Shown here: in pieces, positions 13,110 to 25,069 of the stretch
Numbering within the stretch: position 1 is the stretch's first letter
Layout: each line of letters opens with the position of its first letter
Assembly: GCA_004022145.1 (NCBI GenBank)
Contig: RCNU01000012.1
Source: Paecilomyces variotii
Lineage: Eukaryota
Length of the DNA stretch: 64,000 nt
Reading direction: 5' to 3' (one strand)
The notes under the pieces: model-generated
What the model saw: the letters and a program-made list of their open reading frames with translations, nothing else
What the model was told of the DNA's origin: nothing
Databases searched by the model: none
Made by a program: the position numbers and the translations under genes

Positions 13110-16100
13110 TTATTTCTTTTTGCCCTTCGACTTGGATGCGGTCGTTGAGGAGACGCTGCCGGCTCTGGAGGTCGCGGTCGAGGTGTTTTTGCTGCCACCC
13201 TTGACGGCCTTGACTTGCTTGTTCTGTAAACACAAGTTAGTTCTTGTGTTTGAAGATGGAATAGATGAGCGGGAACACAGGACAACGCTTACCACGACTC
13301 CGTTCTTGCTCTTCTTCTTCGCCGGCGCCTCCTCTTCCTCGTTTTCATCCTCCTCGTCGCGGTCACGGCCGCGGCCTTTGCCGCCCTCGCCGTTACTCTT
13401 GCCATCCGGTCCTTCAAACTCACGAGCGATCGTGTTCAGGAGCGTCGTGCAACGTCGGCCGATCTCAACCGGAGTACGGCTGAGGAAGAACCAGTCGAAG
13501 CGGAACAGAGGGCTCTCTCGGATCTCGTCCCGGATCTTCTCGTAAAGGCCCTCGCCATCCACGCCGTAGCGGTCCAGCATGACCAGCAGGAAGCGGTCTT
13601 CCTCTTCAGTGTAGACTTTCTTGTTGGTCGTGGAGACAGTGTAGTTGATCTTAAGCTGCTGCAGAGGGACGCGATACATTTCCATCTTCTTGCGGAGCAT
13701 CTTGCGCTGATGGTTCATCTTTCGCATCTTCTCCTCTCCCTGCTCGATCACACGCAGGTACTTGGGATAGTCCTGGATCTCCGTGTATCGCTTCCAGAAG
13801 ACCTTGGCATACTCCTTCACCTCTTCCGGCGTTTTGCTGTCGACCTCCGTAGCAATACCTTCGTAGTCAGTCCGGCCAAATTTGGCGGAACCGTTGATGA
13901 ATTGCTGGAAGTCTCGACGGTTCCAGTTGGCGAAACCTTCCTCAGACATGCGAGCCTTCTCTGCCTGCTCTTCTTCCGTCAGTGGCACAGCATTGTCGAT
14001 TTCCTGCTGTTCCAAGTCACGCTCGGCTTCGCGTTCGCTCAGTTCCTCTTCCGGTCCATCGGGGAGGACGGCTTTGTAACCAATCTCCTTATGGAAGTAC
14101 GCCGTCTCCTTCTCCTGTAGCTCTTGCAGACCTGGCGGGAAGAACTGCCAGTCATGGATGGCAATCTGCTTAGGAGCCCGAGGAACCTTGGGCTTGGGAT
14201 CAGCAGTTCTGCCACCAGTAGACAAAGCCTGTCTGTAGTACTTGTCAATGGAATAAAACTGCTCCTTGCGCTCGCGCTTGGCAGGCTCGATCCAGTTGAG
14301 GCTGATGTTCTCTTTCTTGCGCTCGGTGAAATCCTGCCCATTCCATTCGTACGCATTGTCGGTAGTGAATTTTTGGAGTTCATCGATACCAAGCTTTTCA
14401 TATTTCTTGTTGAGCTCGGCAGTACGCTCCTCGCCCTTCTTGAGGATCTCATCCAGAATATCCTCACTAACATCATTGCCGGCGGCCAGCGCTCCCGTGC
14501 CACCCTTAGTCTGGAAGACACTGGCAGCACCATGCTGGATCATGCCAAGCAATTCATCCTTCGACGCAGCGTTCTTGACTTGCTGTTGAGCCCGACCCTG
14601 TTGGATGACAAGCTGATCCAACCGTAGCTTTTGAGCAGCACGCTCCAGCACCTTCTCTTCAATGGCATTCTCCGTAACAAACCGGAAGACGACCACCTGC
14701 TTTGTCTGTCCGATACGATGCGCACGGTCCATAGCTTGAAGATCTGCCTGAGGATTCCAGTCGCTATCATACAGAACAACGATATCCGCAGTCGTGAGGT
14801 TGATTCCAAGGCCACCTGCTCTGGTGGTGAGAAGGAAGATGAACTTCTCCGAATTCGGCTTGTTGTACTCGTCGATAGCAGCAATACGATCCTCGTGAGC
14901 AGTTGTACCATCGATTCTGCAGTACTGGTGGTCTCGGAAGACACAGTAATCCTCCAGGATGTCCAAAACTCGGCTCATCTGTGAGAAGATGAGGACACGG
15001 CTTCCCTGCTTCTTCATACGAGTCAAGATCTTGTCCAGGATAACCATCTTGCCTGCGTTGTAGACAAGATGCTCATCTGTCGTGTAAGGAGGACCGGGTT
15101 CAGCTCCCTCGAACAGGTACGGGTGGTTGCAGCACTTGCGGAGCTGCATGACGATGTTCAGCAGGCGAGTCTTCGATTCGCGCTTGCCAGCAGCGCCGTT
15201 GACAGCATCGATATCCTTTTCCAGGATCTTCTGGTACCATTTGACCTGCATTTCAGACATTCCCACATACACATTGATTTCCTTCTTGGGTAACAAACTC
15301 TTCTCGACATCGCTCTTGACACGACGGAGAAGGAACGGTCGCAAGACGCGGTGTAACTGCTGGACAACGGTATCTTGGTCGGCATCTTGGCTGGAGAACC
15401 ATTGATCGAAGGCCTCAGAATCACCAAAGACATCGGGCAGGAGGAAGTTGAGGAGAGCCCAGAGCTCATGGAGGTTGTTTTGTAACGGGGTTCCGGTAAT
15501 CAGCAGACGATTGCGAGAGTTGAAGACTCGAATGATCTGAGACAGGGACGATTCTTCGTTCTTGATACGATGGGCCTCGTCAATGATGATGTACTCCCAA
15601 GCGAACTTCTTCAGATGCGATTTCTCCCTGAGGATCATCTCGTAACTGGTGATGCAGACGTCGAATTTCTCATCGACAAGGCGTTCAGTGATCAAGCGCT
15701 GGCGTTCCTCCTTGTCACCCTGAAGGACCAGGACGTTGACCTCTGGTGTCCATTTCTGGAACTCCCGCTTCCAGTTGTCGAGGGTAGATTTGGGGACAGC
15801 CACCAAATGGGGGCCCGTAATGCCACAGATATGGCGCAGGTACCCGATGAAAGAAATGGTCTGCAACGTCTTCCCGAGACCCATCTCGTCTGCCAGAATA
15901 CCGGAAATTCCATTCTCGTGGAGCGATACTAGCCAGTTCAGACCTGCGATCTGGTAGTCACGCATTTCACCGTGGATGAAAGCGGGCGACTCTCGGAAGA
16001 CCGTATTCGTCTGACCGCCTGATTTTTCGTCTCGCAATAGCTCTGCATCCTCCTCCTGTTCTGTCCTACGGCGCCTCTCGTTTCCAGCACCGCCCTTGCG

Positions 16101-16782
16101 CGAAGACACTTTCTTGGCATTGGCCTCTTCCTCCTCATTTTGCCGGTCAATCTCGGCCATGATCTCCTTGATTCGGGGATTGGGGTTCGTTTCGATAAAG
16201 TGACGGAACAGGTCCGTCAAACCGAGTAGATAGCGGAATCTTCGAATCGAGTCATCTTCCTGTACCGGCACTAATGTTAACGATTGATGAATCTCGTCCA
16301 TCGTAGGCTACGTCCACCTACCTTTGACTCGTCCAGACGGCCGTGCTTCTTGCCCAGCACACTCTTGCGCAGCTGGAAAGCTTCCGATCTTTTCTTCCGG
16401 CCATCCAAGGGGGCCACATCGCCTGCAATACTGCTAGCCGTTGTATTCGGGTTGGTATCCGAATCCTATAGCACCGTCAGCAAATCTGATCTCTCCATCG
16501 ACGCCAGGCAGCGTGGAGGCAATTTATACCGTATAATCCGGAGTATCCTGGTAATCCTGCATTGGAATGAATCAGCATCGCACATCTAGATAAGGAGAAC
16601 ACGCGAAGAGCTCCAGATATAGACAACCCATCGCGGAAGAGCCAGATAATACTGACCGTCATGTTCGCGTCAGGCTTATCAACGGGAATGGAAGTAACTG
16701 CCTCCTCATTCGCGTCGCTCATCGGAGTGTCTGCCTGAGACGTGGGATCCGAGTCGGGGATGGAGGAGCGCGCGGGTGCCAT
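13110..16782 (-). CDS. isw: ISWI-family chromatin remodeling ATPase (SNF2 helicase, HAND-SANT-SLIDE)
   Basis: ATG 16782 (MAPARSS), introns ~16656-16468, ~16320-16261 and ~13292-13225; motifs [48 protein letters not shown] ([10 protein letters not shown]...[11 protein letters not shown]). Confidence 0.96.
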
Positions 16783-17410
16783 CTCTGCTTCGAGCGCACC
16801 GGAGTGCGACTGTTTATAGTATCAAGATTCAAGGGATGCTTGCTTGCTTAGATGCTTGAGCTGAGGAATTGACCAGAGATAGAGATGGAAACACCGCAGA
16901 GGTCTGCGGGGGGGGGGGGCGTTCTTCTCTAGGATTCTCAACGGCAGTAGGGAAGCATGGCAAGTAGAATGGGGGAAGAGGAGTTAACTGGTCGCGCTGG
17001 ACGGCAAATGGAATTTGATCGGAGGAAGCACAGCGCGTGGCTGCGGGACGCGCTGATTGGGCGGGATCAGGGCGGTGGCCGTCTGAGTCAGCAGGAGCGG
17101 AAGAAGGAGTTTCCCCGCCGTGTCACGTGGGCGTTTCCCGGCCAGGCGACGCAAAACCTCTTGTGATTCCACGATTCGATCCAAATATCTCCCAGCGAAC
17201 TGTTCAGCTCCTGCGCCTGGCCGATCTAGGACGTGAACCCGGTTCGACTGCCTGCATATATACCTGTTTCCTTTGCTCCCTCCTCCTCCTTCTCGCCCTC
17301 GAACCGACTCCGCCCTCTCGTTCGTCCACGCCCCACCTGTGCCACCTGTACCTGGGGGGTATCTACATTCGACATCAGGTGGAAGGCAGTCTCTTCCCAA
17401 TTCGGCCACC

Positions 17411-18277
17411 ATGGATTCCATGCGGTCCCTGAATACCTCTCTGCCGTCGGCCTCCCGTTCTCAACCTCCGGAGCAGCTTCTCCAGGCCTTCAAGAGTGCT
17501 GCCCTGTCTGTGACCAACCTCTATAAAACTGCCATCACCGACCAGGCCCAAGCGAGACAGGCCGGTTATCAAGATGCCATTGAAGACCTATTGAGTTTCC
17601 TCGACAGGGAGAATCTCGGTCTGGGAGATGGGGAAGGCTGGAAGGTCCGACGATGGGCAACTGAACGAGCGGACGGGACCGGCGTGGCTTCCAGCGACAG
17701 TGATGATGAGCGTGGGGATATTGAGAAACCAACAAGGGGCTCGACTCCAGCAACTGCACGCAACCAACGACTAGATACAGACATATCGACGCAGCCATCT
17801 CGATCCGCCTCTCCTCGAATAGAGCCGGCTGCGCAACCCCAGTCGCAGCCACAGCCGCAACCGCAACAGCAGGTGGTTCACCCTGCAGCCGAAGAGTCGA
17901 ATCTTTCCGCTAGACCAACTATTTTCACCTTTACCGCTGGACCCCAGTTTCCACAGTCCTACGAGCAAGATATCGACATGGCCTCTGAGAATACGCCAGC
18001 GGTGAATAGCAGTTCATCGGAAGACGACGTCTCTGTCTCCTCGAATCTCTCCGCTCCGTCCGTCGGTGTCTCAGTCTTGTCTCGAAACCCTCGATCGCAA
18101 CACCGACACGCCAACTCTCCTCGCAACAACGCACGATCTTCAACAAGAGAGGCTTCCGCTGGCCTTGGGGCTGGTCTGGGATCGAAAAGGAAATTCAACG
18201 TTCCCGACTTCTTTGACCTCTCTGGTCTAGGAGCGCGGGATATGTTTGGAGGTGGCAAACGCGGCCGTTTCACATAG
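17411..18277 (+). CDS. Conserved fungal protein, HAPSTR1/C16orf72 (TAPR1-like) family candidate
   Basis: ATG at 17411 in CACCATGG context; N-terminal helix EQLLQAFKSAALSVTNLYK...QAGYQDAIEDL, disordered middle, basic C-terminal KRK/KRGR (NLS-like). The family assignment is from memory of the motif. Confidence 0.7.
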   Translation: MDSMRSLNTSLPSASRSQPPEQLLQAFKSAALSVTNLYKTAITDQAQARQAGYQDAIEDLLSFLDRENLGLGDGEGWKVRRWATERADGTGVASSDSDDERGDIEKPTRGSTPATARNQRLDTDISTQPSRSASPRIEPAAQPQSQPQPQPQQQVVHPAAEESNLSARPTIFTFTAGPQFPQSYEQDIDMASENTPAVNSSSSEDDVSVSSNLSAPSVGVSVLSRNPRSQHRHANSPRNNARSSTREASAGLGAGLGSKRKFNVPDFFDLSGLGARDMFGGGKRGRFT

Positions 18278-18654
18278 AGAAAGACGATTTTGACGATGGG
18301 ACGATCATATTCCCTTTTCTTATCACGCAACGATTGATGTTGTCCAGGAATCGGAGGCAACCCAGAAGCATTTCGAGGAGTTTTTGCATGTGTAGTTTCG
18401 TGGCCTTCCTTTTGTTTCTGTTTAATTTCTTTTTAACTATTTATTCTTGCTTCTATTTCACATATTTTATTATACATAGACAATATCAGAGAACGTGATA
18501 CCCGGGGCAGTTGTCATCTTCCTGCTCTTCCCGTTCTGTTTGTCACTCTCTTTTCACTTCCGGCTTTCTTGCGTTTCAAGATGTAGCATAACTGTATCAG
18601 TAGTACTGACTCGAACCTCTTTAATCCACTCTAATCACTTGGAGGATTAGTTAC

Positions 18655-18997
18655 TCAATTGAATGCTCTCCAAATACCCATTCCAACCAGCGTCGCTGAG
18701 ATGGAAAATATTCCCAGTTTTCGCGATCCCATCTTATATTTCGTGGCACTCTTCAGGATCTCTTGCTCCTGCTTCCGCAGATTGTTCATCCCCGTATAAT
18801 AGCTGTAGATTCCCAGTCCGATAAACGCAGCCGACCCTGAAGAGAGCATTAGAACTCTGGCATTCTCCAGCAGAAGGGGAATATAGTATACCGGTCGCCC
18901 TGCAGGCCAAGCAGTCATCATATCCTTCTTGTGCGAGGGCCTTTTTGGCATCAGTCGCTTGCAGATCATAAGGGTTGCTGTCCTTGGGGGGAGCCAT
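18655..18997 (-). CDS. Small mitochondrial membrane protein, DUF4536/DMAC1-like
   Basis: MAPPKDSNP...DDCLACRATG joined across an intron (~18890-18838, GTATAC...TTCAG) to SAAFIGLGIYSY...LVGMGIWRAFN; CxxCR-TG plus two TM helices is the DUF4536 pattern. Confidence 0.8.
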
Positions 18998-19282
18998 GGC
19001 TGGTTCTGCTGTAAGCACACGCCATGTTAGTAACAGCAGGTAAAGAAGAAACAAATAGAATGACAACTCAATCTCGAATACCTTATTGACTCTAAAGTCT
19101 CACTCAAAGCAGTTCCCCGGCGCAGTAATTATCAAAACTCGCGGAGCTTTCGAAAGCCGCCGACAAAGGCGGGAATCGGCGGCAGAACCGGGGTCCAGCG
19201 ATATAGTTATCAACTTGACGAGCTGGGGGACAATCGCCTTGGCAGCTCCGATGTCCAGGACGCTTCGCAGCTCACCGCCACC

Positions 19283-21266
19283 ATGAGCGGCGCTATTGAG
19301 GCGCTCTACGTTTACGATGAGCATAAGTAAGTTCCTCTCCAGGTTTGATGCAAACTATACCGCTGACAAGCATCCCAGTCGTCCTATTCTAGAACACGTC
19401 TATCGCGCCCGCCCGCCCTCCGCATCCACCATCCTACCCCTCTACCTTGCACACCCCGCGCCGCGCCCTTCGCTGATCTATCTTCCGAGCACATCACCGC
19501 CAGTGACGGTTTTTTCGGTTGTGCACTCGAATCTGACGTTCATCGTGCCCAGCGATGTGGACGCGGAGCCGCTATTGGTGCTGGAATTCCTGCACCGCGT
19601 GATCGATGTGTTGGAAGAGTTCGTGGGAGCGCCGCTGCTCTCCAGCAAGATACAGGCAAACTATGATGTGATTGCACAGCTGTTGGTGGAAATGTGCGAT
19701 GCGGGGATCGTGTGTAATACAGAGCCAAACGTGTTGCAGGAGACGGTGGAGGTTCCGAATTGGATGGGCAAACTGTTGGGCGGAGTAGGGTTACCAGGGT
19801 TAGTATATCTGCAATGGCATATTATGCTATTTATCAGGTACATTGGAGTAAATATTGACATGTATTGTGCATCAAGGACCGCTTCGCCGTCACTGGGCCC
19901 TCCGAACCCGCTGAAACAGTCCTTATCCTCCACTACGGCCAACATGGCCCAAGGGCCTGCGATTCCATGGCGACGACCAGGTGTGCGACATACTTCCAAC
20001 GAGCTATATGTGGATATTATCGAGTCTTTATCTGTGACGATTGCACCATCTGGTCGGCTGCTGTCCGCTTTGGTATCGGGCACCATCGCCTTCACGGCCA
20101 AGATATCAGGAGTTCCAGATCTAGTCCTGAATCTCACCGCCGCAGGCGGACAACATACAATTGCCAAGAAGATCGAGCTTCCCGTGTTCCATCCTTGTGT
20201 GCGGCTGGGCCGGTGGAGAGAACGACCGGGTGAGCTGAGCTTTATCCCTCCAGACGGCCGCTTCATTCTTGCGGGATATGAGGTCAATCTCCTTCCTATT
20301 GACCCCGATCTCGACACTGCTCCTACCCATATGGAGAAGCTATTTCTACCTGCCATTGTCGACATCCGAAAGTCCCTTGGCCCCACAGGACAGGACTTTG
20401 AGGTCCGTCTGGTATTAAACACAAACTTCCCCGGCTCTTCGTCCTCACGACCCGCAGGAGGAGGCTTCGGCCGCGGTGGATCGGGCACATCTACGCCTTC
20501 ATTCCTTGGAGGAGGTGCCAGCGGGAGCTCTTCCGCTCCGGTCCTAGACGAGGTCGTGGTCACGGTTCCTATCCCGAAGACTGTTCGTAATATCACAGAT
20601 ATGCAACCCAGCCGGGGCGAAGCCCAATATCAACCTGGAGACGACGTTCTCGAATGGCGCGTACCCACGAAAGATGCCGGGACTATCTCAGGGACCGCGA
20701 CTCTATACTGCACAGTTGTAGGAAATCTACCAGCAGACGAGGACATCGACGAAGACATCGAATTCGGCAACGACCCAAGCACAAGAGCCACCGCCGATGC
20801 AGCGGACGCCAATCTTCTCCAAGGCTACTACAACGCAGACACATACCAGACTCCCAGCAAACCAAAAAAGAAAAAGACCAAGAAAACAAAATCCAAAAAA
20901 TCCCGCTCTGCAGCTGCCACCTCCACAGATACACCAGAGGACTCCGCCTCTCCATCCTCGCAGACACCACCCCCACCACCCCCAAACCCTCCATCCCAAC
21001 AACAAGAACAACAGCAGCAGCCATCAACATCACTATCCCTCAATTCTCAACAACCCCGCAAAAGCAAAGCCCAACTCAACGCCTCTCTAATGCCCACTTC
21101 CGCATCAGTCTCCTTCTCCGTGAGAGGATGGCTCCCCTCCGGAATCAAAGTCGAGAGTGTAATCATCGACCCCCGACGAAGCCGTGGCCTTGGCGAAGGT
21201 GTACGACCATACAAGGGCGTCAAGTATCTATGTATGAGTCGACGGGGCGTCGAGCGAAGATGCTAA
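19283..21266 (+). CDS. Adaptor complex mu subunit, AP-3 mu (APM3-like)
   Basis: ATG 19283 (MSGAIEALYVYDEH), intron from ~19327 (GTAAGT), second intron ~19799-19877; EPLLVLEFLHR, IPWRRPGVRHTSNELYVD, FHPCVRL, SFIPPDGRFILAGY and PYKGVKY motifs. Confidence 0.9.
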
Positions 21267-22020
21267 CTAACTAACTAACTAGTTAGTTATCAGTCAGTCT
21301 CAAAAAGAAAGAAACTACCGCTGTGATTCAGAGCCATATCTAGATGGGGGAACTGTTGGGAACCGAATATGGTATTTATTATGAAGATATCATTCAATCA
21401 TGTTTTTTGCGCGATCTGATAATGCATTTTCTGGTCCTAGGGAAGGGAAGAGGGTAGCCGGAATAGATAGATTTATTATTATTAAAGTGAAGTCCCTTCA
21501 TATTAGCACAGTACAATGATAAACTGCGCGGTGGGCAGCTAGCTCAGCGTCAGCATTTCATTTTTATTTTTATTTTCTTTTTTGACGTAGATGTCAATAT
21601 CAACATTAGTCTATCTTGGATTCCAAATATGCACTTTCTTTCTCTGAAAGTAAGAAGCTACTACCACGTACTACTGCAAGGGTGCGCGAAGAGTAAAGAA
21701 TTAAAAGTGGAAAGGACTGGAAGATCCTACCATTTAGCACGAGAGTAGATATCTATACATAGCACAAACACAAAAGATATCTCTCAAGATATTACATTAT
21801 CAACAAAATGGAACTAACAAACAGAATAGTATCGAACAGTTCGATGAGAGTATTATTACAACTAGAAAAAAATATGAAAAGAAAAGAAAAGAAAAAGACA
21901 GAATAAGCTGAAATCAAATTCATCCGATCCATCCATCGTTTTCCCGGTAGTACTTACATCCAATCGTCAATGGCCATAACAATTTACCGTTCTCCGGGAC
22001 CACTGTAGGGAGAAAATGGT

Positions 22021-24109
22021 TTACGGCTTCGATCGTCGATCGATGAACTGCTTGATGAAGTAGATGACTGGGACGCATGTGAGTAAGAATGTGACCCATG
22101 CTGTCGAATGGTCGATAAAAAAACAGGGGTATCTCCTTTTGGCGAATATGATGGTACAGAATCCAGGGTATGTGCTTTGCTTCCGAGAAAATTGTCTACT
22201 CCTTGGGCTCCGGGCCTTCAGGGCTCTCTTCCTCTGTATCTAACCCAGAAGTGGCAGTAAGAGATCTGGAGAGAAAGCCCAGACAAGAGAGATGCAATGC
22301 TAAAAAAGATGAAGGGATAGAGACAAGGGATGTAAGGCATAAAGATAAACTTACGAATAGCTAGGACTGCAGCTCTCCCAGCACCAGCCTTAACAGTACC
22401 TCCGCCAAGCGTTAAAATAGCACGAAGCAAGCGGAAGCGGATCTTACGTCCCTCGCGGTCAAAGTCAGGTGTCAGCTGGCTAGCGACCCTGAACTTGGCC
22501 AGCTTCCCGGCATACGGAGGATAGCGAATAGTGATAACGCTCTCGAGCCAGCTTGGAGTAGTCGTGACCGGACGGCGATGCACGAAACAATCGAAACTGG
22601 CCTTGCCACGGTATGCACCATGTCCACTTTCACCGACACCGCCGAATTCGAGTGTCGGAATGTGAAAAGCAGCGTCGTTGACCGCGGCGCCACCGGAACG
22701 TGTGCTTCGAAGGACTGATAATCATTAATACTGAATGATCGAGTTTATAACTCGCTGAGAGATATAGGGGCCTACCTTTCTCTGCCTCCTCGCTCGTACC
22801 AAACGCATAAATACCAAGGGGGGTAGCTTGCACTCTATTGGCGATCTCGATGGCCTCGTCCAAACTATCCACGGGGAGAAGGGAGATAATCGGGCCAAAG
22901 CTCTCCTGGGTCAGCAGGGCATCTTCGGTAGACTCTACCTGGACGATAGTGGGCTCGATAAAGCGCGTCTTCTCATCCAGGGTGCCTCCCACGATAATCT
23001 TGCCCTGGCTGCTGTCGATCATAGACTTGAGACGTCTGAACGCACCATCGTTGATGATACGCGCGAAGTCGGGGGACGCCTTGGCTCCCTGGGGATAGAA
23101 TTCGTTGTACGCCTTCTTGAACTCTTCGATCACTGCGGGGAGAATTCCCCTCTCCACAAGGATGTAGTTCTGCGAAGTACAGACCTGACCCGCATTCAAC
23201 GTCTTGCCCCAAAGCATTCTGCGCGCAACCAGTCTTGGATTGGCGTTCTTGGTCACAATGGCCGGGTTCATTCCGCCCAGCTCCAGTACGACGGGCGTCA
23301 GATGTTCAGCAGCAGCCTTGGCGACGATTCTACCGACAGGGGCACTACCGGTGAAGAAGATTTTATCCCATCGTTCCTCAAGCAGGGCTTGCGTCTCAGG
23401 GATACCACCCTGAACAATGGTATAGGATGAAGGGTCCAATGAGGCTTCAATGATCTGCTGCATGACAACGGCGCTGCGAGAGGAGTTCTGGCTAGGCTTG
23501 ATGACAACGGTATTGCCTCCAGCAATAGCCCCAATGACGGGCCCAAGCGTAAGCTGGAAGGGGAAGTTGAATGATCTGTCGCGATATCATACCCTGTCAA
23601 TCATCGATTATAGCTAGCGTGTTTTGATTTGTTCAATGAACTCACCCAATAACGAGCACTATTCCCAGCGGATCCTTCCTGATTCTCGGGTTCACGAATT
23701 TGAACGAAAAGTCGATATACGAGGGCTTCTCATCTTTGACCCACTGTTCCAGATGGCGAGTAACGAAAATGATGTCGTTTTCGAGCCATCCGATCTCTCC
23801 GCTGTAGGCCTCGAAAGCGGGCTTTCCCAGATCATAGCTGAGAGCCTCTTGGATCAAGTCCTCCCGTTCCTTGATACTAGATGATCCCATAGTCAGCCAC
23901 TGCCGCAACCATGTCAAGCCGCTATCTCGATGGATATAGAGACCCTGTGCTGATAAAACTTACGCCCAATACAGCTTCCGGAGCTGGACCAGTCTGTACT
24001 CGACGGGTCGCGTCTTGTTCTCGTTGAATGAGTCGCGGAGCTTTGCCACGCGCTGAGGGATCTCCTCGAGTGGTGTGTATTTAATCTCTGGAATGGTAGT
24101 GACACCCAT
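22021..24109 (-). CDS. Class 3 / fatty aldehyde dehydrogenase (HFD1/ALDH3A-like) with C-terminal membrane anchor
   Basis: ATG 24109 (MGVTTIPEIKYTP), DPLGIVLVIG|SFNFP, FFTGS, LELGG, NAGQVC (catalytic Cys), ESFGP and EFGGVGESGHGAYRG; hydrophobic tail; several introns. Choice of last exon is less certain. Confidence 0.9.
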
Positions 24110-25069
24110 TATTTCTGCGCCACGGGCTGTGTGTTTGTTTGAAGATGCTAGTGTGGATGTTGTGTATGTTATACAGAAATTAAATTAATTGCTCCAAGCT
24201 GCAGGCCACCGTACGTCATTGGACAGTGGACACGGGAAGAAGGCGACGCGCGGATAAGCGATAAGCACAGCAAGTTATGAAAAGAAATAGATGGAATGGC
24301 TTAGCTCCTTGTACGAGAGATGAATCGATAGGGATGGGATGTCCCTTTGCTGAAATAGTGTAACTAAATAGAAGAATTGGGGAACGTGAAATGCGGAGGC
24401 GGCGAGTCACGGAGCTGCCCGCTCGGCCTTGGAGTTCAGGCACATGCTTGCGGTTTCGCCGCGGCCGATGATCGTGGGCATACAGCTCGGCGTGGATGAT
24501 CGTCCCGGCCGGACTCGACATTAACTAGATATTGATATTCTATCTGGAAGAGCCACTTGTGGGATGCGCAAAGCAGGCCAGTAAACCGAGCTGTACAGTC
24601 TAACATAGTCGCACACTACGACAGCTGCGATTGCTTCGATTCTTATGTCCAGTTATCCTTATCTTATCGAACCCTTTCAGTCTCAGTTACAGCTTCAGTT
24701 CCAGGGGCTTTGATCTTACGCAATTGGACATTATCGATACTACGAGTAATGATGCAAATAAATTCAAGAGAATCATATTGATCTCGAAATCGTGGACCAT
24801 CCGTTCCACATAACCAATCAAAAAAAAAAACACAAAGACGTCAATGGTACGTCGCAGCTAGGTACAATATACAGTAGGAAATCGAAATGCAAATGCAGTT
24901 TTCCACAAGACATTCATGACATATGCGCCATTATGGGGCATCAAGAAAACACAAAAATGTTGCTCAACAACAGAGATGTTCCCGAGGGAAATGTCCCCCT
25001 CTTTTTATGCACAGGGTTCTGGGGCGACCTGGCAAGACATTGGCCTTTCTATTTCGAAAAGTAAACCCC

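Noticed and set aside
1-16782. Two SNF2-family remodelers (CHD-like and ISWI) within 17 kb
   Set aside because: Different subfamilies separated by unrelated genes; nothing in the sequence indicates a functional cluster.
23575-23645. ALDH intron with an internal TTGACAG followed by GGTATG, suggesting a nested intron (stwintron)
   Set aside because: Only 18 nt remain to the next CAG, too short for an external intron; ATTGAC is better explained as the branch site for the distal acceptor, which restores VLVIG|SFNFP.
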